Shown here piece after piece: positions 22,124 through 36,458 of a stretch of 64,000 nt of DNA. The stretch's first letter is position 1; the number at the start of each line of letters is the position of its first letter. The position numbers and the translations under genes were made by a program. A model generated the notes under the pieces. It was not told the DNA's origin and ran no database searches. It saw only the letters and a list, made by a program, of their open reading frames with translations. Source of the stretch: Eledone cirrhosa (Eukaryota); NCBI GenBank assembly GCA_964016885.1, contig OZ024743.1, positions 261,082,001 through 261,146,000 on the forward strand, given 5' to 3'.

Positions 22124-22535
22124 CTTGCAGGAGTAAGAAAAAATACAGAAAGAAAGGAAAGAAAAGAAAATATTTATTAATAATCAAAATCAAATATAAC
22201 ATTACACACACACATAGAAACATATATATATATATGTTTGACAAGTTGAGAAAACTTATGACAAAAGGATTCAAAACTAAATGTCTTTGTACAATCAACA
22301 ATTAAAAAGTGTATATACATCCAAAGTATATGTCAGGCAAAGCCCATTAAATTGAATGAAAGTAACTTCACAGAGCATTAGTAACTAAAAAAAAAAAAAA
22401 TGGGTCCCATTTATATTTTTGTCTATATTATTCATTTTCTTTTTACAAAAACTGATGAAACTCCAAATATATTTAGTTTGAACCATTAAAAACAACATAT
22501 CAAAAATTCACTATCTTTTGATGTTTCTGTCCAAA

Positions 22536-22790
22536 ATTACAGCACATGTTCCAAGTTATCCACATTTGATTCCATGCATTTTTTTTAGGCAAATGTTGAT
22601 GTTTAGCATAACACTTTTGCAAAAAGATCTAGGGATGGCTCTCACTCCTCCCTAGTGTTCAGTGATGGTTGTGGATTTATTAATACATACTCTGTCCTTC
22701 TAGCGCCAAAGAAAGAAATCTTTGGTGGAGGGCTTAAATCAGGACTGTGTGGTGCCCACTCAAAATCAGTCTTCAAACTGATTGCATCTT
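22536..22790 (-). mobile_element. Tc1/mariner transposase C-terminal remnant
   Basis: Minus strand reads ISLKTDFEWAPHSPDLSP..DFFLW..KDRV...LEHVL* across frameshifts (WPxxSPDL motif). Confidence 0.75.
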
Positions 22791-23009
22791 ATAAAAAAAA
22801 TTATAATTCAAGTTGGCCACTTTGAGAAAAAGCTCAATTTAAGTGATATGGTTTGATAAATTTGAAATTTAAATGTCTGTATTCATGAAAAACCACACGA
22901 CTCATTGCCCCTAGCACATTTTTAGTATTGCCTTAACCAAACAATTTGACAAAAAGATACTAGTGAAGTAAGTAGCAGACTTGAAAGAATAAGTAGTGGG
23001 GTTGATATG

Positions 23010-25494
23010 ATGGGCAGATCTGGAGGTTTGTTAAGGCTGTGAAATGTGGATGAGAGATACCAGCTGGTCTGAGTGTGCTCTACTCACAATAACTGGCAAT
23101 GAAAAAACTGCAACAACTCTGGGAAACTAAACCAGAACAACCTGCCATCCTCTACACACCATCATAAACTGCAAGCAGGGTACAAATTGTTGTCCTAAAA
23201 TGCTCGCAGTTTATGCAACAAGATACATCTGTTTAACTCCTATGTCAGAAGCATTGACCCTGACTTCATCAGTCACGGAAACATGGGCACATTCCTTACT
23301 CTGTGATGGGGTTTTCAGCATTACTGGGTACAACCTGTTCCGTAAGGACCGCATTAATCGCCGTGGTGGTGGTGTGATGGTTTACATTCGTTCAAATCTT
23401 TTGGTAATTCCTTGCATTGATTTGAACGAATCACAAGAAGTTTTTTTCTGTGACATACGTATGACCATGTCAACACTTCTGCTTGGTGTTGTTTACGCTC
23501 TTGCGGGCAGCAACAAAACCAGAACCATCTCCAATCTGCTTGCTTTGATTGGAAGAAGGCAGATTGGAACTTGTACAGCACAGCTACAGCGCCCAAACTG
23601 GCATGAGTTCTATAACTCTGGAGATGTGAACACTATACTCCAGAGCAACCTGGACTCAATATGGATAGTGTGTGCAGCATCAGTGCCACGTAAGCGGAAA
23701 AAAAACCACCCCAAAAGTGCAATTTGGGAAACTTCAGCGGTCCGACTTGCCAGGAAAGAACGTCGGAATGCTGAACAGGAATATAAACTGCATAAATCAG
23801 ATGCCAACAGAAAAAAGCGGAATAAATCTTCCAACCATCTCAAGCAAGTGACAAAAAAGGCAGTGCTTGAATTTGAACAGTGCATAGCAACCAATCTTGA
23901 CAGTAAGGTGTTCTGGAAATATGTACATTCAAAGCAGAGACCTCACTCTCCAGTTGGTCCTCTTTGCAATCCCCACACAAGCCTAATCACTGACGATCCT
24001 AAAGAATGCGCAGAACTCATTGCCGAGTGCTATGCAAGCATTTTTACTGTTGAAAACCAAAATGTACCATCTCCACCATCAAATTCCATAACAACTATGG
24101 AATTTATACCTGCAATGCTGCAACATCACCTTAAGAATAAGCTCAATTATGCCTCCCCTGGTCTTGATGGTGTTACATACCTGCTTCTCAAACGTAGGGG
24201 GTACTTCCTTTTGCACCAGCTTTTTTTTCTTCTTTCAATACTGTCTCAACAATGGTGCTACTCCGGAGCAGTGAAAAACTGCCAGTGTCATTCCCCTGTT
24301 CAAAAAGGGCGACCGCACGTCACCTGTCAACTATCGTCCAGTCAGTCTTACTAGCTGTATTGTCAAACTGATGGAATCCTGTGTCAGAGAAACACTTTGG
24401 AACTTCTGGAGCTCTCACAGCCTCGTCCGGCCCTCACAATTTGGATTTATCCCTAACTCCAGCTGCTGTGATCAGCTTATCGAGTTCCTTGAAGACATTA
24501 CCCGGATCAGTGACAGTGGCTCATCAACTTAAAGAATGCCACAGTACTGAAATATGTAGATGACATCAAGATGTACCTTGAAATTAAAAGGACAGATCCT
24601 GAAATCTATAACTCTTTCCTACAATCAGACCTGGACACAATGCAGCAATGGATCACAGACTGGCAACTGAAGCTGGCTGTGGACAAGTGTACCACCATGC
24701 ATTTTGGGAGGAAAAATTCAGCGTCCACATACTCCCTCCACAACACTTATATCAAGAAGTTCTCTTATGAACATGCCCTGGGCATTACTGTCAGCAGCGA
24801 TTTGTGTTGGACAAAGCACATCTCTAAAATTGTCAAGAAGGCCGAAGGTGTCTTGGCATCACTCAGCAAGACCTTTGTTAACCGCTCTCCAGCCATCTAT
24901 TTAAAGCTATATACAGCTATGGTACGACCACACTTGGAATTCGCATCATCAGTCTGGAACCCCTATCTTGCTCAGAACATTGACCTCCTGGAAACTGTTT
25001 AGAGACGTGCAACCAAGCGCATGCCCTCCATCAGACACCTACCATACTATGAACGCCTTGCTTCCCTGGGCATGGATTCATTGAAGCTCTGGCGTCTGGC
25101 AATGGACTTGGTAAACACCCACAAAGTTATTAACCATCTCACCAACAACAACCCTGAGCACCATTTTGATCTCCATGTGTCTAACACATGTGGACATGCC
25201 TACAAAGTCAGAAAACAGCACAGCTCCCACGACTTTCGGAAACATTTTTTCACGCTTACAGTTGCTGAAGCATGGAACAAACTGCCTACGTCAGTTGTTA
25301 GCTGCCGTGACACTGCATCCTTTAAAACCCTCATGCTTCCCGAAATTCATCAAAACTTCACCTGATGTCCCCCTTCCATACACATGCACTCTTCATTTTC
25401 CTGACGTTTGTACATTTCCCTATGTACTATACATACACTTTTGATGAGTTGTAGTGCACCTGAGCACTGTACACAATATTTTCATTATTATTAT
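23010..25494 (+). mobile_element. CR1-clade LINE pseudo-copy, antisense in the ELOVL4 intron, with internal deletions
   Basis: APE motifs (VTETW, GYNLFRKDRINRRGGGVMVY), SPGLDG, NYRPVSLTS, KYVDD, LYTAMVRPHLEFASSVWNP, WNKLP and an (ATT)n tail; the KAFD/GVPQG part of RT is missing. Confidence 0.9.
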
Positions 25495-25551
25495 ATGTTC
25501 AACTAAATCCCCTGAAGAATAAAGGAATAATTACTATTTTTTATAACTTAC

Positions 25552-25618
25552 CAGAAAATGACAATGTCCAGTTATAGAATTCCTGAGCCTCTATCAGCTT
25601 GTCTTTTACGACTTCCAT
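25552..25618 (-). CDS. ELOVL4: ELOVL4-like elongase, first coding exon (exon probably 25552-25624 including 6 nt of 5'UTR)
   Basis: ATG at 25618: MEVVKDKLIEAQEFYNWTLSFS+G | GTAAGT donor. The phase-1 G joins AT of the next exon to give Asp. EFY.WTL..D.RV is the typical ELOVL4 N-terminus. An acceptor TTTTTTTATCAAG lies upstream. Confidence 0.9.
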
Positions 25619-26116
25619 TTTATCCTTGATAAAAAAACAAAATTGAAAAATTATAAACTAAATAACATGCGTTTCGAAATGAGCATTTTGCATTTTTTTT
25701 TTATGAGAAACTTAAAAACGTCATTAAATTTTTTTTTTACTTTAGTAGATAAAAAAGGCTATATATATGTATGTATACAACAAAAAGATTGACAAAAAAA
25801 GTAGTGGTTAGAGTGTTGAACTCATGCAGGAGTTGAGCTTAGAATGCAGAGAGCCAGAATAAATGCAACATTTATGTTTTAATGACCTTTTTCCAATTTT
25901 CCACCAAACCTTACACATAGAACACCTCTACATTATTTACAGAACACATATACAAAGTAAAATAACACATATTTAGAATGTTAAAGTGTTTCTATTTATC
26001 TAAAAAAACTTGTCATAATTTTATATAAAAAAATCTTTTAGGGCTGGTTCATGTAGTTCGGTATCAAAACAGTTAAAGAACAAGATCTATTACTAACTAC
26101 AAAGAGATGCACACAC

Positions 26117-26172
<56 letters not shown>

Positions 26173-26830
26173 TGCATGTGCCTGACTAAAAAGATTAAAC
26201 TTTATACCTTCAACATAATATTGTAATATTCTCTTTGCATGTGTAATAAAGAAACAAAATATAAGAAAATATATTCTTGTTCATACAAGTAAATTTTACA
26301 TAAAGCTTTCAGGTAAATACCCTATTTCATTCTTAAATACAGTGATCCTGTCTTTAATTGGTGAAAGATTTGTCAGAAAAACATTATCATTAATATAGAG
26401 GGGGGGGGTGCAGGCAGACACAGAGAAAGGTAAAGAGGTCAATATCTAGGCTCAAGGGCTTAATTTCTAGGTAAAACAAAGTGGAATGTTATAGCATAAG
26501 TTTTTCAGTAACTAATAGGACAAGTTTAGATAAGATTTAATTTTCTGGTATGCATTTCTCAACCTCACTCACACATACACTGCAAAAATGGTAATTGTTT
26601 TTCATGACATTTCTGTCATGAAAAACAATTGATAGCCTATTTATAATAGTAGCCACATTTCAAAAGCCCCAACCACTCACCATTTTCCATATCTTTTTTT
26701 CAGAGCATTGCAACTGAAGTTATAAAGTACTCAATTTAATGCTAAGGGAAAATGTACTGAAATATCAGATAAAGAGTTCACAGTCTGTATACCATTACAT
26801 TTGGTCAATGGCCATAAAACTGAATTCTTA

Positions 26831-27313
26831 TTGACTTAATCCTTTTGATACCAGCCTGATCAAAACCAGCTCTGGCTCTATGGAAAGAAGCATTTTCGTT
26901 TTAAAGCATTCCTATTTAAATTAAAACACTCCAACATAACTTTATATAAAAACTTTCTGTTAAGTTATGTTATAAATACTATCTTAATAACGAAATAATT
27001 GATAATTTTAGTAAATCCCTCCAAATCCTTTAACAACTATTTAAAATGGTGTATGACATTAGAAATATGATTTCGAAAGAATTAACCCTTTCATTACCAT
27101 ATTTCTAATGCAAGAAACTGCCTACAATTTTTAATTAGTTTTGAAAATGTAAATAATTTAAAACAAACACCTTGTGTAACATAACTTAAAGTTTTTATAT
27201 AAAGTTATGTTGGAGTGTTTTAATTTAAATAGGAATGCTTTAAAACGAAAAGGCTTCTTTCCATAGAGCCAGAGCTGGTTTTGATCAGGCTGGTATCAAA
27301 AGGATTAAGTCAA
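26831..27313. repeat. 126-bp near-perfect inverted repeat (26831-26956 / 27188-27313) built from a TTAA-started repeat
   Basis: One mismatch between arms by manual comparison; 231-bp spacer. Confidence 0.92.
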
Positions 27314-27443
27314 ACAGTTCAATGATTTATTCCTTCTGATACCAAACTTCCTCTGGGTTGATCAAGCAGAGCTATTTAAAACTATTCCAGCCATCACTAT
27401 ATTTTCTTTTAAGAGTAGTTTTATATGTAGTGTATCAAAAGTT

Positions 27444-27724
27444 TAAAGTCTGTCGTAAGCCAGAAGACTCGTTAGGCTGGTGCTTATCCCGGTTTCATGG
27501 TGTGAAGCAACTGAGAGTACAAGACTCTCCCCTGGACAGGAGGCCAGTCCATCGCAGGATTAAACCTCCAGCTATTGCTGGTACTCTTTTTCAGCTGAGT
27601 AAACTAGAGCAAAGTGAAATGAAGTGTTTTGCTCAAAAAAACAACATACAACCCAGCCCAGGAATCGAACCCACAACATTATGATCGTAAGTCCAACACC
27701 CTTACCACAAGGTCACAGACCTCT
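27444..27724 (-). mobile_element. tRNA-derived SINE with the same head/core as 10377 but a different tail
   Basis: B box GGTTCGATTCC on minus, TGAGCAAAACACTTCATTTCAC core, non-RTE tail. Confidence 0.75.
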
Positions 27725-28708
27725 ACATACATTCAAGGACTGCATTATTCAATGTCTCCGTGTCCTTTAAGAGTAGCTTTATATATATATATATATAGTG
27801 TATCTAGGATTAAATTATCTCATGTCTTTTTAAGAGTAGTTTTATATATATATAGTGTAACTAGAACTACATTATTCAATGTGTCCATCTGTTTTTTAAC
27901 AAGGTAAGAGTGTGTGCAAGGAAGATTTTGTCTAGCGATCTCATAATGGTTCACTCCTTGGTTCATCAACAGGATGAGCCAGTCTATGATCAAAGGCTCT
28001 CTAGTCATGTACCTCCCATATTCTTGTATAGTTTTGACTAAAATCTCTTTCCTTTTCTAAGATGAAGGAAAATTGGCTGCTACCACAAGCTGGTCAAGTA
28101 GCCATGAAGAAGTTCTCTTGTTGGTTCATCATAAATAGGTATAACAGACATGTGTAGCTCACTTGTATTGAAATATTTTTAAAAAAATAAAAAATAAAAA
28201 ATAAATAAATAAATTTAAAAAAAAATAAAAAAAATAAAAAAATAAAAAAAAAAAAAAAATTTACAGCTCACGCCTACGTAGGTTTAGCTGGCCTTATGTG
28301 AAATTTTAGTGATATGGAGCTCCATTCCTATCATGAAAAGTCATATACATTACTCAAGAATACAATGTGACAACCAACCCAGGAATCAAATACACATGAT
28401 TGTGAATCCAATACTAAGCACTAGTCGAAAGAGGAGGAGGTATAAACAACAAGAGCAGCAGCTATCACTACAAACTTAACAGAGATAGCTTAATGGCAAT
28501 GATTGAAGAAAGGGATATATATATATACATAGGGGGAGAGGGAGAGAGAGAGATCAATAACATATATAGGGTGTAACTGGAAATATCACTTAGATATTGG
28601 CTTACATACGGCAGTATAGAGAACGAGAGAGAGAAACAGACAGACAGATAGAAACAGACAGACAGATAGAAAGAAAGACAGGCAGATATATATATATATA
28701 TATATATA

Positions 28709-30942
28709 TCATCACTGTTTAATTTCTACGCGAGCATGGGTTAGATGAGCTGTCTCATTGTGAGACAAGCTAGGTTGGATGGCTGTGTCTTGATCATACA
28801 GAACTAATTTGAACTTGGTTTCTACAGTTGGATACCCTTCCTAACGCCAACTGCATTTACAGTGTGTACTGGATGCTTTTTCTCATGACACCTATATGAG
28901 CACTTTATAGTATGGACTGGGTGCGTTTTGTCGTGACACATATATGACCACATTACAGTGTGCACTAGGTGCTCCTTGTCATGGAACCAAAAATGGCCAC
29001 TTTACAGAGTGACTGAGGACTTGGATGGGGAGGGTGCATGAGAAGGTAGATCTAGGGGCATGGATGAGGAGTGGGGTGTTAGGACGTGGGTGGCATATTA
29101 CAACATGGGAAGTGTATGGAAGGGGAAGGTGGCGCATACTAGATGTATGGCTCAACCCATACACATTGGAAGGTATTATTTCATAACGCCAGATATCACG
29201 GTCCTGTGTCATCGCCTTTGAGAAGTGCAATTGTGCAAGGTGAACTTTTATCACCTCATCCCAAGTCTTCCTACTCCATAGTTTCCATCAACTTTGGGTG
29301 CTCTGCACCTTTTTATACAGCTGTCATCCTTCATGTACATCACATGCCCATACCAACACAATCTCCTCTCCTGCACACTGCAACTGATCCCTCTTATGCC
29401 CATTCATGTATATTACTACCATATATGCATCGAAGCATGGAAGCTTCATTTCTTTCCAATCTCCACAGGGCCTCTGCACACAGTGCCCAGGTCTCACTAC
29501 CATGCAACATTGATGCTCATATAGATGCATCATACAATCTGCCCTTCATTTTGAGGGAAAAACCTTTTGTTGTTAGCAGCAGTAGTAGCTCCCTTAACTT
29601 TCTCCAACCCATTCTCACTCTGTGCTTTCGGAACACTCTCCTCCACTGCTAATTTGGTCACCCAGGTAACAGAAACTAGCTATTACTTCTACAGAGTCCT
29701 CTGGGCATTTGAAAGAGCTTGTATTCTATGGGATTCTGCTACTCATTGCATCTGTACATCAGCCACATGCAAAACCTACGTTCTTTGCTAGCCTGCTTGA
29801 GATTCCACTACATCTCTTGTGTACCCATTGTTTGCACACTAAACAAGGCCCTGTTTTCCCTTTGACAAGTTAACTTTTTGATTCTAGGCCATGCTTCTAG
29901 GTTTGAAATTTCTTCTCTAATTCTGCCATAGATTCAGCTATGAGGGTTAGGTCATCTGCATACAGAAGTTCCCATGAGCAGCCAGTCTTTAAACTCCTCT
30001 GTTATAACCTGCAGGACTATAATAAACAAGAGAGGGCTAAGAACCGAGTCCTGATGGGCACCGACATGCACGCTAAATTCTTTGCTATAGTCATTGTTAA
30101 TTCTGACCTTGCTGACTGTTCCTCTATACATGGCTTGTACTGCCCTTGCAAGCAACTTGTCTACTCCTAGTTTTCTAAGAGCCCACCAGATAATGAAACA
30201 GGGAACTCTGAAAAGATTTCTCCAGTAGAGAATTTTACTACTTCTTACAAGGAAGAGGGTATCTGTGGTACTTTTACTTGGCACAAATCCAAACTGCATC
30301 TAATCTAGGTTAATTTGGTCCCAAATCAGCTGTGCTATAACTCTTCATAACCTGGTCAACTAATTTTATGCCTCTATAGTTTTCTGTCTAGAGCAGCTCC
30401 TTTGCCCTTGTAGCAGTTGACGATGATGGTGCTACGCCATTCATTGGGTATGACACCATTTTGTATTACTTGGTTTACAATACGGGTGACTATGATGTGA
30501 TCCTCCATACCTGATGCTTTCAGCATCTTGGCCACTATCTCTGAACGGCCAGCTGCCTTGTCTGTCTTCATATCCTTGATTGCCTTACATACTACTACTA
30601 ACTTGTACAGCCGGTCACTCTTTTGGGTCAACTTGAGCAAACTATCTTCTTCCTATGCATTCAGTAATCTTTCAGTGTGACGCTTCCATGCTACCTTCTT
30701 TTCAGCATCTGTGAAGGCAAGTTTGACATTATCATCTCAGATACATTTCTCCCCAACATCACAATTTTCCCTGACACAGTGCCTTGCAATCCTTAACACC
30801 TCATGCTTTTGGCCCTCACGCTGCAAAACATGCTTAAATTTTTTATTTTCTGCTTCTCTTCTTGTAAAGTATACTTGTCCTACTTGTCGTCTAGCTTCTC
30901 TCCTAGGATTCTGGTAGACTTCTCTATTTCCCCCATTCTGCT
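28709..30942 (-). mobile_element. Older degenerate RTE LINE
   Basis: [50 protein letters not shown] and a decayed 3'UTR; many stops. Confidence 0.88.
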
Positions 30943-30977
30943 AATATATATATATATATATATACAAATCTATATAT

Positions 30978-32457
30978 AGAATCAAAAGGGCTTAAAATTA
31001 ACCTGGCTAAGACTAAAGTTCTAGTTTGTAGGAAAGAAAATAAGGCGACGGTCCCTTCCGGGAAATGGCCATGCTCAGTGTGTAGGAAAGGCGTAGGTAG
31101 AAACTCCATTTTATGTCCCAAATGCAAAGTATGGGTACATAAAAGATGTAGTGGGATCACAGGTAAGCTAACTAAGAACATAGATTTTACATGTGGCCGG
31201 TGCTCTGGTGCAATAAGTAGCAGCAAGTGCCCACAAAATACTAGCTCTTTCAATTGCGCAGAGGGTTCTATAGAAATAGTGGACAGCTTCCGTTACCTGG
31301 GTGACAAAATCAGCAGTGGGGGAGGGTGCTCTGAAAGTACAGTAGCTAGAGTCAGAACTGGATGGAAAAAGTTCAGAGAGCTTATAGCACTATTAGCCAC
31401 TAAAGGGTTCTCCCTAAAAATGAAAGGCAGGTTGTATGATGCCTGCATACGAACAGCAATGTTGCATGGCAGTGAGACCTGGGCATTGTGTGCAGAGGAT
31501 ATACGCAAACTAGAGAGGAACGAAGCTTGCATGCTCCGCTGGATGTGTAATAGTAACATACGTGAACGGCAAAGCATAAGCGAACTAAGGAAAAAATTAG
31601 AAATAAGAGGGATCAGATGTTGTTTACTCGAGAGAAGGTTACGTTGGTATGGTCACGTGATGTGCATGAAAGACGACAGCTGTATAACAAAGTGCAGGGC
31701 AATAAAGATAGACGGTAGCTACGGAGTAGGCAGACCCAGAAAAACCTGGGACGAGCTGATAAATTCCGACCTCACACACTTACAACTCTCCAAGACAATG
31801 TACTGGACCGAGACCTTTGGCGGTACTCAGTAATAGAGAAGACCCGCCTTACCTAAATACAAAGTAAAACCTACTACAGTCAGTATGCATCTCTAACAAA
31901 ATACACCCCCGTCCCACCACCCCCACCCCATCCACACCGCCCCTTTCAATGTAAAGTTATGTTGGTGCCACAACATCCAGGCCGAAACAAGTGAGATCGT
32001 GTAGGTGTCACGACAAAAAAAAACACAGTCCACGCTGTAATGTGGCCGTGTAGGCAACACGGTAAAAACCTCCCAGACCCACACTGTAAACGTGGTTGGT
32101 GTTAAGGGCATCCAGCTGTAGAAAACACGCCAGACAGTCCACGCTGTAATGTGGCCGTGTAGGCAACACGGTAAAAACCTCCCAGCCCCACACTGTAAAT
32201 GTGGTTGGTGTTAGGAAGGGCATCCAGCTGTAGAAAACACACCAGACAGTCCACGCTGAAATGTGGCCATGTAGGCAACACGGTAAAAACCTCCCAGCCC
32301 CACACTGTAAATGTGGTTGGTGTTAGGAAGGGCATCCAGCTGTAGAAAACCCGCCGGACAGTCCTATGCGAGCAAGACAATCACTCTTGCCTCAAGTGGG
32401 AAAACCCCCGTCCAAACCCATGCAAGCGTGGAACACGGACGTTAAACGATGATGATA
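30978..32457 (+). mobile_element. RTE-B LINE, 5'-truncated, with triplicated 3'UTR segment
   Basis: ORF 31078-31833 (PHD, FRYLG, RWYGHV), three ~110-bp UTR units, GATGATGAT tail. Confidence 0.93.
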
Positions 32458-32584
32458 TGTATATTAGGGTGTTCCATTTTGCAAACTATTCCCCAATTAT
32501 CCCATGTCGATTACACCCGTATTGAATTAATGAAATAATGAAGTATGACATAATATTTAGAGGTTGCACATTTTCACATATTAT

Positions 32585-33647
<1,063 letters not shown>

Positions 33648-33648
<1 letters not shown>

Positions 33649-34590
33649 GCAGCCAAACGGGGCCCTCTCAAAGGAAGTGTCAATAACATGCGGCGTGCCC
33701 CAGGGAACCATCTTGGGGCCACTACTGTTTGTAGTGGCTCTTTCAGACATATCTCTATAATATGGACAGCCTCCAACACAAGCTATGCTGATGACACAAA
33801 AGTAGCATAAGCAATAAGAAACTGGCTGCTGCTACTCTCTTACAAGATTTAGATGCTATATATGGATGGGCTGAAGATAACAATAGGCAATTTAATGCAA
33901 GTAAGTTTCAAGCCCTCCACTATCAACCCACAAACATACGACACCACAACAAAGATACACTGACGGCAATGTGCAGACAACTGGCGGGTTGGATTCTGGG
34001 GACTTTCAGGACAAGATACCCAGAAACCACGTTGGCCCTCTGGTGGATTTTCATCCTCAGCCGACTGGACTATTGCTCTCAGCTGTGGTCGCCCCAGTGC
34101 AGAACTTGGAGCAATCGAACGAAGCTACACCAAGAGGATTGCTTCAATGAAAGAGATGAGCTACTGGGAAAGGCTGAAAGAACTAAAGCTTTACTCCCTG
34201 AAGCAAAGACAGAAGAGATACATAGTGATATACGTGTGGAAGATCTTGGAAGGATTAGCACCAAATTTTGGCATTGAAGACATGACCAGCCCATGAACAG
34301 GACACCACATCAAGAATAAGGACCACATACTGCAATAGCCTGGGGTTCAAGGCTTTTTAATAAGCTGCAAAAGAGTCAGAGATCTACATGGTGTGCATCT
34401 AGATGTTTTCAAGAGACATCTCGACATTTTACTAACTAAGATCCCAGATGAACTCACAACACGAAGCGCAAATATGAACAGCAGCATGAAGCTGCCTTTT
34501 GCATCAATGGACAACCAGGTAAGGCTAGCTATAGAAAGTGTACCACCAATGGCAGTGCCCCAGCATGGCCTCAGCCTGTCGGCTAGAACA
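33648..34590 (+). mobile_element. CR1-group LINE RT/3' fragment, internally deleted
   Basis: GVPQGTILGPLLF, SYADDTK, SRLDYCSQLWSP, FKRHLDILLTKIPDE. Confidence 0.85.
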
Positions 34591-34903
34591 TATAATACAG
34601 TAATATATATATATCATCATCATTTAACATCTTTTTTCCACGTTAGCATATATATATATATATATACATACATACATACATACATATATATGATGCCTGC
34701 CCCCTCGTGTTCAAGTATGGCCATTGCACGATATACCATTATTAATAATTATCAATTAATGCTATCGTGCAATGCCAGTGCGTGAAGATATTTTTAAAGT
34801 GAGGAAAGACTGTTGCACATATGTGTATATATGCACTGGGACATAGAAATAATCGGGCTGGATACCCGATCCTGCAGTTAAACCACTGGGAATGAAGGAC
34901 CCC

Positions 34904-34945
<42 letters not shown>

Positions 34946-35059
34946 CATATACACACATATATACATACACATATATACATACTCATATATACACATATAC
35001 ATACACACACACACACACACATTATACATATATATATACACATGCATATATTTACATAA

Positions 35060-35280
35060 ACATCTATGCAGAACTAATGAGGAATCTGCAGATACTCCAT
35101 CCTGACTATACCTTCAGATTTATACCTGTGATTATTAGGGCTCTGGGATATGTTAGTAACTGCCTTAGTATAGATCTTGAGAAGCTGGGATTCAGAGAAC
35201 CAGAAAGAACACGATTAGTTAGGAAATTACAAGTACAATGCATTAATGGAACTGTAAACATTCCAAAAATTCAGCATGTA
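35060..35280 (+). mobile_element. RLE-type non-LTR retrotransposon C-terminal fragment (R4/Dong-like)
   Basis: YAEL...FIPVIIRALGYV...LEKLG...LQVQCINGTVNI resembles the end of a restriction-like endonuclease domain. Confidence 0.6.
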
Positions 35281-36425
35281 ACTGCATATACACATGTACA
35301 AGTACAAAACACATGCAGACAACTCAAAACATCCACATCAATACTTGCGCACACACACACACACACACACACTTGCATCACAGATTTGAGAATTGCCATC
35401 TCTTGACCTTTTTCTCATACATGAAAGGCACAAACAGGACTTTTTAGCACTGCAAAGGATTTAGATTCCTTTCGGCATATGCTGCAGTGGGCTAACTGCA
35501 CACTCGGGCACCAAACTGACTACGTCCATGTCCCTGCATATATACATACATATATATGGATGTGTGAGCATCTTTATATCTTTTGCTGTATATCAATGAA
35601 CGATATAAACCAGTAACAAACTAGTGTTCTTTAAACAATGTGCACTGAGTTACAAATGCTTCCTTGTCACTGCAGGCATCAGAAATATAATGAACCAGTG
35701 ATTTGTCTCCTAGAAACTTATAATCAATCACACTTATTGATCACAAATTACAATATGAAATAAAGTAAATAAATGCATTAGGTGAACCTGGGGTCTTTTC
35801 TACTACTACAAAGGTATTCTAGAAGTAACCCATATCATGTGCCCATAATTCCCAATGGAATCGTAGAGGTGCTGTAGTTTATATACATGTGTTTAGGTAT
35901 TTAAACCTGACAAAGCCCATCCTTCTCCAGATCTGAACACAACTGATTTCTTCCAGAGAAAGTAATGGAGAGGCAATGAGAAAGAAATATAGAAGAATCA
36001 ACTGCAGAACTGGATTGGTACCTTATCGAACTTGAAAAGATGAAAGGCAAAGTTGGGCTTGCCAGAATTTGAACCTAGACCACAGAGAGCTAGAACAGAC
36101 TGGAAAGCATTTTATCAAATTTTATAATGATTCAATTTAATGCCTTTGTAGTTGTAGTAATAAAAGGCAATAAGTGGAAGCAACATAGCCAGTGATTGAA
36201 TATATTAAACAATGAGTGTTTTCTAACCAAACACATTCTTGTGTGTGTGAGGATCATGTTCCCTTGAAGTGTGTACAGCAGCAGTACTAGCATAGATATA
36301 TTAGAAGTACTTAAAAGTGGATCACAGTAAAGATCCAGTAAAGCATAGCTGAAGTATTTCCTGACCAGATAAGGTGAAAAGGAAGGCTAATCTTTAAGGT
36401 ACACTTTCAACAATGTCTGTCTGTC

Positions 36426-36458
<33 letters not shown>

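Noticed and set aside
21753-22301. 182-aa ORF as a whole gene
   Set aside because: Only 21936-22123 is ELO-like and bounded by splice sites; the rest is intron.
23200-24354. 384-aa ORF as a host gene
   Set aside because: CR1 endonuclease/linker remnant with deletions and frameshifts.
26205-26270. Alternative first ELOVL exon (…LQYYVE|G)
   Set aside because: No in-frame Met nearby and no ELOVL similarity; 25552-25618 fits much better.
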